A stretch of 64,000 bases of DNA, taken from the NCBI RefSeq assembly GCF_001194135.2, contig NC_068997.1, positions 11,243,355 through 11,307,354 on the forward strand, written 5' to 3'. The translations under genes were made by a program, and so were the position numbers. This document shows, piece after piece, positions 51,431-64,000 of the stretch. The stretch's first letter is position 1, and the number at the start of each line of letters is the position of its first letter. The DNA comes from Octopus bimaculoides (lineage: Eukaryota). The notes under the pieces were generated by a model. The model was given only the letters and a program-made list of their open reading frames with translations. It was not told where the DNA came from and made no database searches.

Positions 51431-52087
51431 GAATAAAATACTACAGTAGTTACCGCTTTAATTATTTATATATCACTAATAATAAACACATTTTTGCGTT
51501 ATATCGGTCCATTCATTGTCAATTTATTCACTAAGTTTATTTATTATTTATTTCCGAAGACCACATTGCAGGGCATGGTATAGTTACTAATTGAAATCCT
51601 TAAGATCAAGCGTGATCGTAGCGCTATGCTCTTTCTTATGAATAAATCCTAATTCCGAATGAACTAAAGAAAGCAACTTTAGCTTCATTTCAATGCTGAA
51701 TATCGTAATTAATACTCATTAGTGTTAGATATTTATTCTAAATCTGCGAATTTGAAACGCGTCTTTTTAACAGAGAAAAGGCAATTTAATGACATGAGTG
51801 ATTATTTTTTTATTTTTTATAATCGGTAAATCGTGGCGAAGAAAATCAATATCAGCAAACATAAATAATATCATCGCTCCTCATCGTAGTCTTGGGTATT
51901 TTGCTTCCACCTTAATGAAAATATATATCTGTATTTGTAGGAAACACATTATTCTCGATGTTGGAACAAGCACTACATTATTATCATGCTAAAGAAAATA
52001 GACATGCAGTGAAGAAATATAATTCGATCTCTCGTACGAACGAGTTTAGGCCCACTGTTAAAAATGTTTGTGGTTATAACATTTGTG

Positions 52088-52235
52088 CAGACACAGGCGT
52101 GTCTATTCCCCAAACACATGGTCTCAGGTTCAGTCCCACTGCATGGTATCTTGGGCAAATGTCTTCAGCAATAGTTTCGGGATGACCAAAGCCTTGTTAG
52201 TGGATTTGGTAGACTGAACTGAAAAAAGCCTGTCG

Positions 52236-52306
<71 letters not shown>

Positions 52307-52310
52307 TATG
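52088..52310 (+). mobile_element. SINE family B 5' half ending in (TA)(TG)n(GA)n
   Basis: CAGGTTCAGTCCCACTGCATGGTATCTTGGGCAAATGTCTTC...CCAAAGCCTTGTTAGTGGATTTGGTAGAC...CCTGTCGTATATATATG. Confidence 0.85.
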
Positions 52311-53334
52311 CATGTCTATGGTGTGCTCAACCACTTGCACGTTAATTTTGTCTGCATCTGGTAATGAAAAGTGAAAGTGACATCCAATATTTGCTGCAGA
52401 TATATGTCTTTGATTTAACAATGTGTCTATGTATCTATGTGTCTACTTTTCTTTCGATGTACATATGAGTTCTACTCTGAAAATATTGATGAACATTTAA
52501 AAACACAAAACGTACGCCATCTTCCCTTCATTCATCACTCACCTTCTCTCTCACTCTCTTTTTCTTTCTCTCTCAATTCCTCTCTGTCCCTCCTCTCTCC
52601 CTTTTATTTTAACATTGTATGTATGTATCTATGCAGGTATGTTTCTACATTTCTTTCGATGTATGCATCAGTCTCCTATGACAATATTGATAAATATTTC
52701 TTTCTCTCTCACTTCCCTTCTGTGTTTCCTCTCTCCCGCTTTGCCACTCACTTCAACTATACCTCCTCTAATTAATACCTTTTATTTCTCTTTTTTCTTT
52801 GAACCGCTCTCTTTAACTTCATCTCTTCCTTTGAAGTAATGTGACACTCACCACAAATAAGTACCTAAAAAAGAACAAAGTTAGCATATCAATATTTAGG
52901 ATCTTTCACTGCCATTAACTGAAAATAAGTTTTATTTATATAATTTTATATAGATTTATATATATATATATATTCATAAAATCTAAAATAAGGTTTTCTT
53001 CTTGTCATACTACGAAGAAATATTCACTAGTAAAGTGCTATCAACCACTTCATCATTTTATAACAATGCAAAGGAATGATGCATTGTAGCTATAAAATAA
53101 AACAACAAAAAAACTTATTGTTGTATTAAACAATAATTTTGAATATTTCTTTCCCATTTATTTTATATTAATATTAATAGTTTCAAGAGCGTCAACAACT
53201 ACTTGAACACTATGGAATACATAACAAAATGTTTTATATTAACATTAACAGTACGATCTTCAACAAAGCTGACGTTAAAATATGAAAAATTACGTGTATG
53301 TCATGTTTTTATGAAGCATTATATCCCATTAGAT

Positions 53335-53568
53335 GAAGGCGGTGGTCTGGTAGAAACGTGAGCACGCCGGGCGAAATGCTTAGCGATATTTGGTCTGTCT
53401 TTACGTTCTGAGTTCAAATTCCAACAAGGTCGACTTTGCATTTCATCCCTTCGGTGTCGATAAATTAAGTACCTGTTACGCACTGGGTCGATGTAATCGA
53501 CTTAACCCGTTTGTCTGTCCTTGTTTGTCTCCTGTATGTTTAGCCCCTTGTGGGCAATAAATAATTAA
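53335..53568 (+). mobile_element. SINE family A with alternative 3' tail
   Basis: The head and core match the 23612 copy. The tail is TTTGTCTGTCCTTGTTTGTC...AGCCCCTTGTGGGCAATAAA. Confidence 0.9.
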
Positions 53569-53771
53569 GAAACGCTAGCACGCTGAAGGAAATGCTTAGC
53601 GGTATTTCGTCTGTCTTCAAGTTCTGAGTTCAAATTCCGCCGATGTCGACTCTGCCTTTCATCCTTTTGGGGTTGATAAATTAAGTACCAGTTGTGTACT
53701 GGGATTGATGTAATCGACTGGCCCCATCACCCAAAAATTCAGGCCTCGTGCCTAGAGTAGAACCGAATATT
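53569..53771 (+). mobile_element. SINE family A copy fused directly to the preceding one
   Basis: It begins AGAAACGCTAGCACG, lacking the first ~15 nt of the head, and ends CCTAGAGTAGAACCGAATATT. Confidence 0.9.
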
Positions 53772-53934
53772 CCCACCTGTTATTCAAGAGTACTGTCTCT
53801 CGAAATAGATTAGAAAAGATATCCTTAGACAGTAAATTGTTTTATGAGGGAATTTGACCACAACGTATAGTAAGTTACAGAAACTACTGAAATTCCCTTT
53901 CATTGGGAAACTAGTTGGCACTGAGAAACTAATT

Positions 53935-54035
53935 GGGTCGATAAATTAAGTATCAGTTGCGAACTGGGGTCGATCTAATCGAAAGACGCCCTCCACACAT
54001 ATTTCGGGCCTTTTGCCTAGAGTACAAAAGAATAT
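53935..54035 (+). mobile_element. SINE family A, 3' fragment
   Basis: GGGTCGATAAATTAAGTATCAGTTGCGAACTGGGGTCGATCTAATCG...CCTAGAGTACAAAAGAATAT. Confidence 0.85.
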
Positions 54036-56519
54036 CCAACGCAAAATAACTTAACTTTCAATTAGCTTCTCAGCGCATGCAAACAAATTATATTTAAGAG
54101 GCAAGTAGGCAAGTAATAGGACAAATAAAAATTGTCTTTTCTTAAGTGAAAATAAAATTCTTGGAAACTCTCGCTGTTTTACGTGCAACTAACTGTGCCA
54201 GCTCGCTGCCTTCTTAGCGACAATATGTTGAGAAGGAATAAGCAGAGATTTCTAAACAAAAATGTATATGAAACTACAATTGATGAGTTATGAAAAATTA
54301 TAAGAGTATGTTATTTCTGTCAATCCTGGCGAAATATGCACTTATATCAAATGTTCTCATACTTCTTCACTACAGTCGAATCAAGCAAACCAATAATCAC
54401 GAAAATTTTTGAACTGTTTATTGTGTGTTATATTATCTAAATTTTATTGCCATTTCTCGCATGGTTAGGGATCGCTTATGTGCTTGCTCGTTAGTTAGTA
54501 TCAAATCCGAAACCATGGAGCTATACTTAGAAAAATAGGTTATAATTTGAACTTCACTGATTAGGAACTTATTTAATACCACAAATTATTTCATACAAAT
54601 ACACAGGACACCAGATTTAAGTGGTACGATATCTTGTGTGATTAACAGGGAATGTCTTGCCTCATAGAACTACTTGACAATGAAAATTCTGGCTAAATAT
54701 ATCAGCACACAGCGTGAAGAAATATTTATTTACTGGTTGTCGTTTACTTGGTGCATTAATGTTTTAGCTACTCCACTACTGTTAAGAAATTCATAAACAC
54801 TTATTCAATTGCTTTTACTGATCGGAGTAAGTACGCATTAACTGGCGCTCAAACTTTTAAAGTTACACTTTGAACTTGACCCAAATTGCAAAACCGATTT
54901 CTTAGTGGATGTTTTACAATACTTTTTTCATAACAATCAGTAACAGATGAAACATTGATATGAATTACAGATTAATAGAATTTGAGATCATCAATTCAAT
55001 TTTGATTTTAAAAATAAGTACTTTGCCTAATTTTTTTGACTAAAACTTTAATATATGAATTTCACTATTAAAGTTGACATCTGTCTGAGGCTATTTCATG
55101 TACCAATTATATTCTGATAGAATATGATGAGGTTAGTTCCATTGTTGTAATATTCATTTTTTTCCGTACCTGTTTATTCATTCGCTACAAAATTCATATT
55201 TAATACTTTTTCACATTCTTTTCTTCGTTAATACTTTAAATAATGAATAAAACACAAACGAAGATCCCATTTTCCTTGCCCAAAGTGTTAAGGTTATTCC
55301 TATTTCTAAGTGCCTTATCATCTGACTCATTCATATTCATTGTATTTAATATCTTATGTCTCCCTTGGCTTCAACCATCAGCAATGTATTTAAATTCAAT
55401 CAACAATTTCTAACGAAAACCGTGGTTCCAAAAGGTTTTTCAGTTCCAGATACATTTCTCTATTTTAATATATTGCTACGTAATAATGTTCCTGCAGCTG
55501 TCATTAGCAGAAGAGACGTTATCATTTATGTTTCTTTTATTGCAGTAAAGGAATTGTAATTAGATGAATGATCAGACAACGCAAAAATATACGGTAAAAG
55601 TATATGATTATATAAAGAATTATTTATTCAGAGAAGAAAATGCGGTGTAACCATTATATATACAGAGTATGATTAGGACTTTTTATTATTTTTTAAAAAG
55701 TGAATATATATTTATTGCTAGAAGATTATTGTTATTGCTCAGATCCTTTGCCAATATTAGTATTAATGTGGATATGATTATTTCGTGTGACAAAAGTATT
55801 TGTAAATCATCATTCGGATGAAACTTTAAGCAATAACAATTCTGACGATGAATGCATTTGGTGGCTGAGTAAGAAACAAGCCTAACGGAAAATCCCTTAT
55901 AGCTTCAGGGAACTGAAGAAAACTCTCATCTCACGGTCTCCAATTTCTCCCTCTTAGCACCACATTCTCAGTCAATAAGAGTTAACTCAAATGCGATGAC
56001 GCTCACAACAATTTTCCGCAAGCACATTTTTCTTCAATCTTATTTAAAGAAATGATTTGAAGTATTTTTAAAAGCATATTGACTATTGTAATGAACATAC
56101 AACAGTTCATAGACAATGAACTATTGCCTCACCTACTGTGATTTCTATCTACAAACATCGTAGTCTAGTAGACTATCTTACTCCCGATTAGTCTTCCACT
56201 CTAGAGCATTTCGGAAACACAGTATTGCATACATATGTTCATTAAAAAACCAATAATCTTACCTTCCTTTTATTTATTTCTTACTTATCTTTATAGATTA
56301 TCTTTTATATGTTTACGATCATTTTGTTATGACTGTTTAATATAATGAAGACTGTAGTTAGCTCCATTCGCTTGTCGATATGCATGTACCTGATGTGTCC
56401 CAGACTGCACAGGTCAATGCAACACATTAGGATGCACAACATCCTACTAATAGAGGACAGTCATACTGAATAAAGACTAATGCCAAACCCATATTCTGTT
56501 TCATCCATCGATTATTATT

Positions 56520-56555
56520 ACACACACATACTCACACAGACACAGAAAAAGGCAC

Positions 56556-56610
<55 letters not shown>

Positions 56611-56620
56611 AATATATATT

Positions 56621-56657
<37 letters not shown>

Positions 56658-56713
56658 TTAGAGAGATAGATAGATAGATAGATAGATAGTTAGATAGATA
56701 GATGAATAAATAA

Positions 56714-56764
<51 letters not shown>

Positions 56765-56777
56765 GATAGATAGATAT

Positions 56778-56844
<67 letters not shown>

Positions 56845-56845
56845 T
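56520..56845. repeat. Compound (CA)n(TA)n(GA)n(GATA)n microsatellite
   Basis: Directly visible. Confidence 0.95.
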
Positions 56846-57170
56846 GGACACATGCTTGTATATATCTATATATAGAAATATACATATTAATTAGTAAGAT
56901 TGATATAATGAATGTAGTAAACGTGGCGTGAGGAGAGTAAGTCCAACCTTGTGTACAATCCTGTAAAGTTGAAAGGTGAAAGAGCTGCAAATGATACAGA
57001 ACCCAGGACGACAGGTGAAAAAGAAGATAATAGTAGTTTGTTGAATATCAACTTACGTACATCAAAACACATTCATCTCTCGCATCAAATGTAAAAGCTG
57101 AATTAAGTAAAGCCACGAATTCTAGTACATAACCTTTACGCTAACCGTATATATGTATATGCATATACAT

Positions 57171-57338
57171 ATATACGACGGGATTCTTCCAGTTTCCGTC
57201 TACCGAATCCACTCACAAGGCTTTGGTTGGACCAAGGCTATAGTATAAGACACTCTCCCAAAGTGTCACGCAGTGGGACTGAACCTGGAACCATGTGGCT
57301 GGTGAGCAAGCTACTCACCACACAGCCACTCCTGCGCC
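57171..57338 (-). mobile_element. SINE family B 5' half, young copy
   Basis: Minus strand reads GGCGCAGGAGTGGCTGTGTGGTGAGTAGCTTGCTCACCAGCCACATGGTTCCAGGTTCAGTCCCACTGCG...CCCGTCGTATAT. Confidence 0.9.
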
Positions 57339-57389
57339 TACTGATATATATATATATATATATATATANNNNNNNNNNNNNNNNNNNNN

Positions 57390-57427
<38 letters not shown>

Positions 57428-58464
57428 TGTGTCTGTGTGTGTGTGTGTGTGTAAAGGGTAGAACATATATTATTCAATTTGTTCATTTACATCCAGTGGG
57501 AAATATAAAGGAACCAAAGTATTATTTTTTTTCCTTGCTGAATATATATTAAATTTTAGTTGCAGAGGATAGTATGGATTCCAAATATTGCTATATCTAA
57601 TGGATTGAATGTAGCTTTCCCCATGGATAAAGCCTTTGATCTGTAGATGCTGTGCTACACTCATATGTATTTTTTCAAATAAAACGGTTGTTTGATACCG
57701 ATATCTGAAAAAAACAAAAAGAATACAAAACAGCATTTGCTAAATGGAGATCGTTACACGGCAAAAAGCGTTAATCCTGGAAACTGCGTGATATAATTTT
57801 TCTCCATAAATTAATAGAATGAATGTTTTCTATGCTATAGGCTGAATAAGAAAAAAAGCAAGTATATAAAGGTAGATATTATCAAAAAATAGATAAATAT
57901 TTAAATATATAAATAAAAGCTATACATTAGTATATAGCATGTTTTTTTAGAAGCCTCTGAAGTCCCATAAGAATATATGGCTTGCGTTAGATATAATACA
58001 ATATTGTCATGCTAAAGTCAATTCATTTTGTCCTCCGATAGTGAATTCTATGTGCATCTGTAGGACGCCCAAAAGCATTTTAAAGTACTTTTATGGTGGG
58101 TTGCTATGAGAAACACATTGACTAAAATTACATGGCATTCTACATTCGTTCGAATCTTTTTAATTGTATAAATGATTCACTGTCATGAATTTAAAATATA
58201 TATGCCATTTTGTTGTTTTTACACTCTGCCCTATCTGCCTATTCTTTGGTGAAGCAAGACCCGCGAAGCTGACTCCTCTCCTGCTATCTCATTCAAATAA
58301 CACTAACAAATTCGCTACGCATACACCCGTAATTCATTAAAAGCCTACTCTCAATCTCCTCTTTCAGGACACTATATCCCAAACCTTGCCCAACACAGAG
58401 TCAATCGTTCTGAAGAAAAGAGAAACGCAGAGAAATCCAATCATTTGTTCACAGAACTGCTTCT

Positions 58465-58860
58465 TCCTAGGTAGAAGAGTTTTAAAACTGTCTGTCTTTC
58501 CCAGTAGATGATACGCTGCATTGAGACGATTTTCTTTATGTAGATTCGTTGCATTGCTTCGAGTTCCGACGTTAAATTTATATTGTGTTATGACCATAGT
58601 TGGGAGCAGTAGTCCAAGTGGCTGAGGACGTTTGCCCTCTAAAGGGCCATCTTTGTCTCCTTTTCTCTCGTTTTGAAAGTTCAGAGGATCCATCCAGCTA
58701 GCTGTCCGCATTTTATAATCAAATTGGTAATATGTACCTGGAAAGATGCATCCTTGCTCATGTCACTGCTGAGGTCGTTCACTGATTTTTATTCAGGGAT
58801 TGCAATCCCTCATGGGTCAGTTTATACTGTCTGAATGTTGTTCAGCTTTGTGTGCTTCCA
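58465..58860 (-). mobile_element. CR1/L2-type LINE, decayed RT C-terminal region
   Basis: DLSSDMSKDASFQVHITNLIIKCGQLAGWIL*TFKTREKETKMAL*RANVLSHLDYCSQLWS*HNINLTSELEAMQRIYIKKIVSMQRIIYWER, containing the LDYCSQLWSP motif. Confidence 0.88.
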
Positions 58861-58874
58861 GCACACATAGATAC

Positions 58875-58922
58875 TTTTGCTCTTTTACTTGTTTTAGTCA
58901 TTTCACTGCGGCCATGCTGGTG
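58875..58922 (-). mobile_element. SINE family B 3' tail
   Basis: CTCTTTTACTTGTTTTAGTCATTTCACTGCGGCCATGCTGG is the reverse complement of the family B terminus. Confidence 0.7.
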
Positions 58923-59209
58923 TATGTGGTTATGGGATGTATTTTGCAACGATATAATTACTAAGAACTCATGTTTATATTATTGATTATTCTTGCTTTG
59001 TGTGATCTGAAGAGAAAGTATTGCAAAGTAAGAATGATTTTAGCGATATCGGTGTATATTCCTTGTGCGTGCTTTATCCATAATAGAAATCATTTCACAC
59101 GGAGAGAAGTTTCTAAAATTAAAATAAAATAATTAAATATCTCCTTTAATAATTATTCCATATTTATTCACTTTAAACGTGGCCTTTTATTCTGTAATCA
59201 GAAGTTATA

Positions 59210-59214
59210 TAAAT

Positions 59215-59275
<61 letters not shown>

Positions 59276-59534
59276 CATATATATATATATACATATACAC
59301 ATACATACATACACATATATGTTATGTGTATATTAATACACGCACACACACATATATATATACATGCATTTATATATATGTATATCAATCTACCTATATA
59401 GACATACATACGTACACACACCTATAAATGTATACATCTTTATAAACCTATATACACACGAGCAGGTATATGGATATATATTATATTATATTTATTATAT
59501 TATATTTATTATATTATATTTATTATATTACATC

Positions 59535-59579
<45 letters not shown>

Positions 59580-59580
59580 A
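59210..59580. repeat. Low-complexity (CA)/(TA)/(TATTA) tract
   Basis: Directly visible. Confidence 0.9.
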
Positions 59581-61132
59581 ACGCGTGTAATATACATTCT
59601 GTTTTCGAAAACTAACAGTATAGTAACAAAAATCTAATTATCCTGAAGGAGATTCACAGCTAAGTATCATCTTAATATCAAATATTATATTAATATCAGA
59701 TACACGTGTTGAAGCTTTGCTTGTTTCGGTAGAAAAACAATTTACTTCAAAATATTGACGGAATAATAATTCCAGTTGTGAAATTTATTTTGCATAACTA
59801 TCACAAAATTTCGTTTCTTTAAATGTAAATCAACATCAGTATATGGAAATGTCAGTTGGATTTCATTAATAGGCGTTAAGTTGATTAGATGAGGATGGGA
59901 GGGGAAATGCATCCATGTTGAGTCTGTGTGACGTAGTATATATGCATTGCGTGAAAATGTTTCTTTCCGAAATAATTGGTGCTATAGTTTTTTTGAAGTA
60001 TCTTATTTTCATTGAATATTCAATTTGAGAATTTAATCTAGATATATTTTGAATTAATTCCGATAAAGAAGCAGCTCACACGAACTGCCGCACGTACATT
60101 ACAATCCATGTTATTTCGAACTGATGTCATACATTCATGCTTATCCATTGCCACACTCTTAATCTGTTTGAAACTTTTGTATTACATAGAGTAATCTCGC
60201 TTTAAAGTATATATTTACAATAATATATATGTATACCCATTTGTTTTCACGATATCAACGTGTATTTGTGTATGCGTGTGTCTACGTGTGTGTGTATGTG
60301 TGCGCGCGAGAGAGATAGAGGTTGTGTGATACAGGTACTGAGAAAGCGGATGACATATTTCGTTGTATGTATATATGTTATGTATGTGTTTACGCATTAT
60401 TGCAGAAAATACTGTAAAGATAATTTAAGACAGTATTATTACAGTATTACTTTGTCAATATATGTTTACCATTGTCCCACTAGTTTACACACACACACAG
60501 ACACACATACACTGACACACACACACACAGACACATGCACACACATATATATAATAAAGAAATGTATATTCCTATGAATATATTCATCTATGCTTTATTA
60601 TTCACGGACAGTAAATATCGTTTATCACAGGATATTATTCTCTTATTAATCTCAAAATACGTGCGTACAAAATTGTCCCAGTTGTTTACACTTTAAACGT
60701 TTCCACTTTTATCTAATATTCATTTTCATAAACATGTCAACATCGATTAAGCATTATCTTTTACAACATTCATTATCTTTTAACTTTGATATTTAGGTTT
60801 ATAATATTTGTTTTATAATGGGGATATACACAGGAAATCATGTCGAAAACAGTATTTGTATATTCTGAGCTCGCATAAATTTAGTGTATATATAAATATA
60901 AGGACATTCTTGTATTTTCAAAATTAATATTTAATATTTCTCTAGCCACAGAAGTGCGTGCATGAATGTTGCTCACGATTACGTAAATCTTATCTGCAAT
61001 GAACACTCATAAACATATCGATATATATTTGGAAATTCTGTATTTACATCGATAGATACATATTGCATGATATTTTTCTTCAACATATACGCACACACAG
61101 AGGTACGCACCTACACATACACATTCACACAC

Positions 61133-61182
<50 letters not shown>

Positions 61183-61339
61183 GTGTGTATATATACAGGT
61201 ATAAGTTAGAGGTGTTTACAAACTCTAAGGGATAGATATATCCAAAGGCACCCCTATACCTCGGTAGGTATAGTCCTTGGTAAAAGGTATACGGCATAAG
61301 GTAATTTAGCGGGTAGACTATAGTTTAATTTATATACAG

Positions 61340-61457
61340 GATAAGAAAATGGAGGAAAAATAACAAAAAGAAGGGTGTCTTTTTCACTTAATTAAATAAT
61401 GGCTTCCTAGCGCAAACGACACCCTTCTTGTTGTTGTTTTTCCTCTATTTTCTTATC
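61340..61457. repeat. 40-bp inverted repeat (37/40 identical) with a 38-nt spacer
   Basis: Left arm 61340-61379 GATAAGAAAATGGAGGAAAAATAACAAAAAGAAGGGTGTC; right arm 61418-61457, whose reverse complement is GATAAGAAAATAGAGGAAAAACAACAACAAGAAGGGTGTC. Confidence 0.9.
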
Positions 61458-61459
61458 GT

Positions 61460-61506
<47 letters not shown>

Positions 61507-62024
61507 TATATATTTATTTATTTAACTTGCACATGCATTTTATCTAACGCAAATACGCAGGTGCACCTGTGTCTACATCCTTTGCACTTATTTTCCATGT
61601 TCTACCTGTTTTTCCTTTAACTGATTATAATTAGCTAAACCCTAAATAAACTATTAAGTCATCACGAAGAACACAAGTGAATAGCAATTGCTCATTGCGA
61701 AACTCATAATTACTTCTTTAAATACTTAGGCTACATATATGAAGCGTTTACATATATTTTATGAAAAACAATGGCCTTAACGAATCGTGGACTAAGCGTG
61801 CACTGCATGACTTGTAAGTGTATGCGGAAATAGTGCACTACTGTCATCATTCTTAGTATAGCCGCGACTCGGATTATTTGAGAGACTTTCTCATATACAT
61901 TCATGATCATAACTGGATATCAGTAGCTTCCTTAAGTTGAAGCCAATAATAGTTAGCTTTAATACACAAATAAATAGTCCACCAATGCGATGCTGAGCAC
62001 TCCGTCTCAATGTTCGATATTTAC

Positions 62025-62076
62025 GTACACACACGAACACACACACACACACAGAAACACACACACACACACACAG

Positions 62077-62129
<53 letters not shown>
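62025..62129. repeat. (CA)n(TA)n microsatellite at gap 62130-62726
   Basis: Directly visible. Confidence 0.95.
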
Positions 62130-63689
62130 NNNNNNNNNNNNNNNNNNNNNNNNNNNNNNNNNNNNNNNNNNNNNNNNNNNNNNNNNNNNNNNNNNNNNNN
62201 NNNNNNNNNNNNNNNNNNNNNNNNNNNNNNNNNNNNNNNNNNNNNNNNNNNNNNNNNNNNNNNNNNNNNNNNNNNNNNNNNNNNNNNNNNNNNNNNNNNN
62301 NNNNNNNNNNNNNNNNNNNNNNNNNNNNNNNNNNNNNNNNNNNNNNNNNNNNNNNNNNNNNNNNNNNNNNNNNNNNNNNNNNNNNNNNNNNNNNNNNNNN
62401 NNNNNNNNNNNNNNNNNNNNNNNNNNNNNNNNNNNNNNNNNNNNNNNNNNNNNNNNNNNNNNNNNNNNNNNNNNNNNNNNNNNNNNNNNNNNNNNNNNNN
62501 NNNNNNNNNNNNNNNNNNNNNNNNNNNNNNNNNNNNNNNNNNNNNNNNNNNNNNNNNNNNNNNNNNNNNNNNNNNNNNNNNNNNNNNNNNNNNNNNNNNN
62601 NNNNNNNNNNNNNNNNNNNNNNNNNNNNNNNNNNNNNNNNNNNNNNNNNNNNNNNNNNNNNNNNNNNNNNNNNNNNNNNNNNNNNNNNNNNNNNNNNNNN
62701 NNNNNNNNNNNNNNNNNNNNNNNNNNTCCACTGATGCTATTTCAACGGATTTATTATACATTCATCGTTTAAGTAGAGTGAAACTCTAATGATCACGTCG
62801 TGCAACTTGGGACACAAATATAGGTCAACAACACACCTTACAACATGTTTTACTCTCTCCTGACTAAACTCAAAGTAAGAATGCTGAAGCAGAAGATTTC
62901 CTTTCAAAGAATTGGTTTGATAACTTTAGTAAGAACAGTAGTTATTCAAATGGATTAATATAATTTCCATCTAGATGTGAATGTAATAACATTTTGACTG
63001 ATTGAGTGATTCTTGTTCATTTTTTTTAACGTTAATCTAATATACTCAACATAAACTAGAACATCCAAATGCCATTTTGTTTCTTTTCGTACATATGATA
63101 TCATGTAATAGCTTGACAGAATATCATCAAAAGAGAAATATGTTCAACACGTAGTAGCATTTGCCTTTGATGTTGGGATGTTTTACTGCTAGAAGCTCTC
63201 TTTCTCTTGTTTTAATCTAGATATGCATTCCATTTCATTCACGTTTCGTACTTGATTTTTATGTGGCTCTTTCATGGTAATGTGCTGCAAAACATATTAT
63301 CAAAGATGGCATAAGCATACATATTATGATGTTACGCTTCCTAAGAAATTGAAGATAATTAGGTAGATTGCCTACGAAATGAATATATTTTCCTTTATAG
63401 ATTTATATTGCCTGTATTGGTACAGGAAAAAAATCGTTTTCCCCAACAACCGCTTCTATTTCACAAACTGTTCCTTAACTTAGTTTTCATAAACCACATG
63501 TACCATATCGTCGTAAACATATTCATTTATGAAGGTACACCGCCATATCTGTTACTCATTATCATTGGTTTTGATAAAATTCCAATGCAGGGATTATGCC
63601 CTCTCTAACCACAATAAAATTATCTTAGTAACGAATAGAACCAAATTAGTAATTAACTTGCCATGATACAGTTTAGCTAGAGTGAGATA

Positions 63690-63691
63690 AG

Positions 63692-63737
<46 letters not shown>

Positions 63738-63755
63738 ATATATATATATATATAT
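63690..63755. repeat. (GA)n(TA)n microsatellite
   Basis: Directly visible. Confidence 0.95.
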
Positions 63756-64000
63756 GAAAGAAAGTTTGAAAATGCACTTATTTTTAAAAAATATTTATTT
63801 ACTTAACCGGTTTCACTTTTTTAGAAAAAGATTATCAAAAGTCTTTGAGAATAATAAAAAATGTTAAAAAACAGTCTGAGTATTAAAATGTATATATACA
63901 TTCTTTGATGATAAAATATATTTAAAGTATAAAGCTTTGTATGAACTTTGTAGTGTTACATACTGATTGTCATATTAAGGTGAAATTGTTAAAAACAGTG

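Noticed and set aside
58364-58711. 115-aa minus-strand ORF as a host gene
   Set aside because: It is an alternative frame over the CR1 RT relic. The recognisable motifs (LDYCSQLWS) are in another frame containing stops.

Overview
Very AT-rich, microsatellite-saturated eukaryotic DNA from a draft assembly, with 12 N-gaps totalling about 4.1 kb, mostly bordered by (TA)n or (ATT)n. The SINE families, microsatellite load and gap pattern suggest a coleoid cephalopod, probably Octopus (inference). No host protein-coding gene, rRNA, true tRNA gene or CRISPR array can be supported, so the window is intergenic or deep intronic. Nearly all ORFs in the supplied track are microsatellite, N-gap or chance ORFs. 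The window is a retroelement graveyard: about 20 tRNA-derived SINE copies or fragments (arbitrary labels A, B, C, plus a hammerhead-bearing family), three CR1/L2-type RT relics, two restriction-like-endonuclease (RLE) LINE 3' ends beside microsatellites, a Penelope-like RT fragment and a decayed Tc1/mariner transposase. The most interesting object is a 385-bp element at 3438-3822 bounded by a perfect 12-bp direct repeat. It joins a tRNA-type Pol III head (A and B boxes), an (AAT)n linker and an intact minimal type I hammerhead ribozyme of the Penelope dimer-type, with a T4 run just downstream. Other second-look items are SINE chains linked by repeated target-site sequences, a 40-bp near-perfect inverted repeat and a 20-bp minisatellite.
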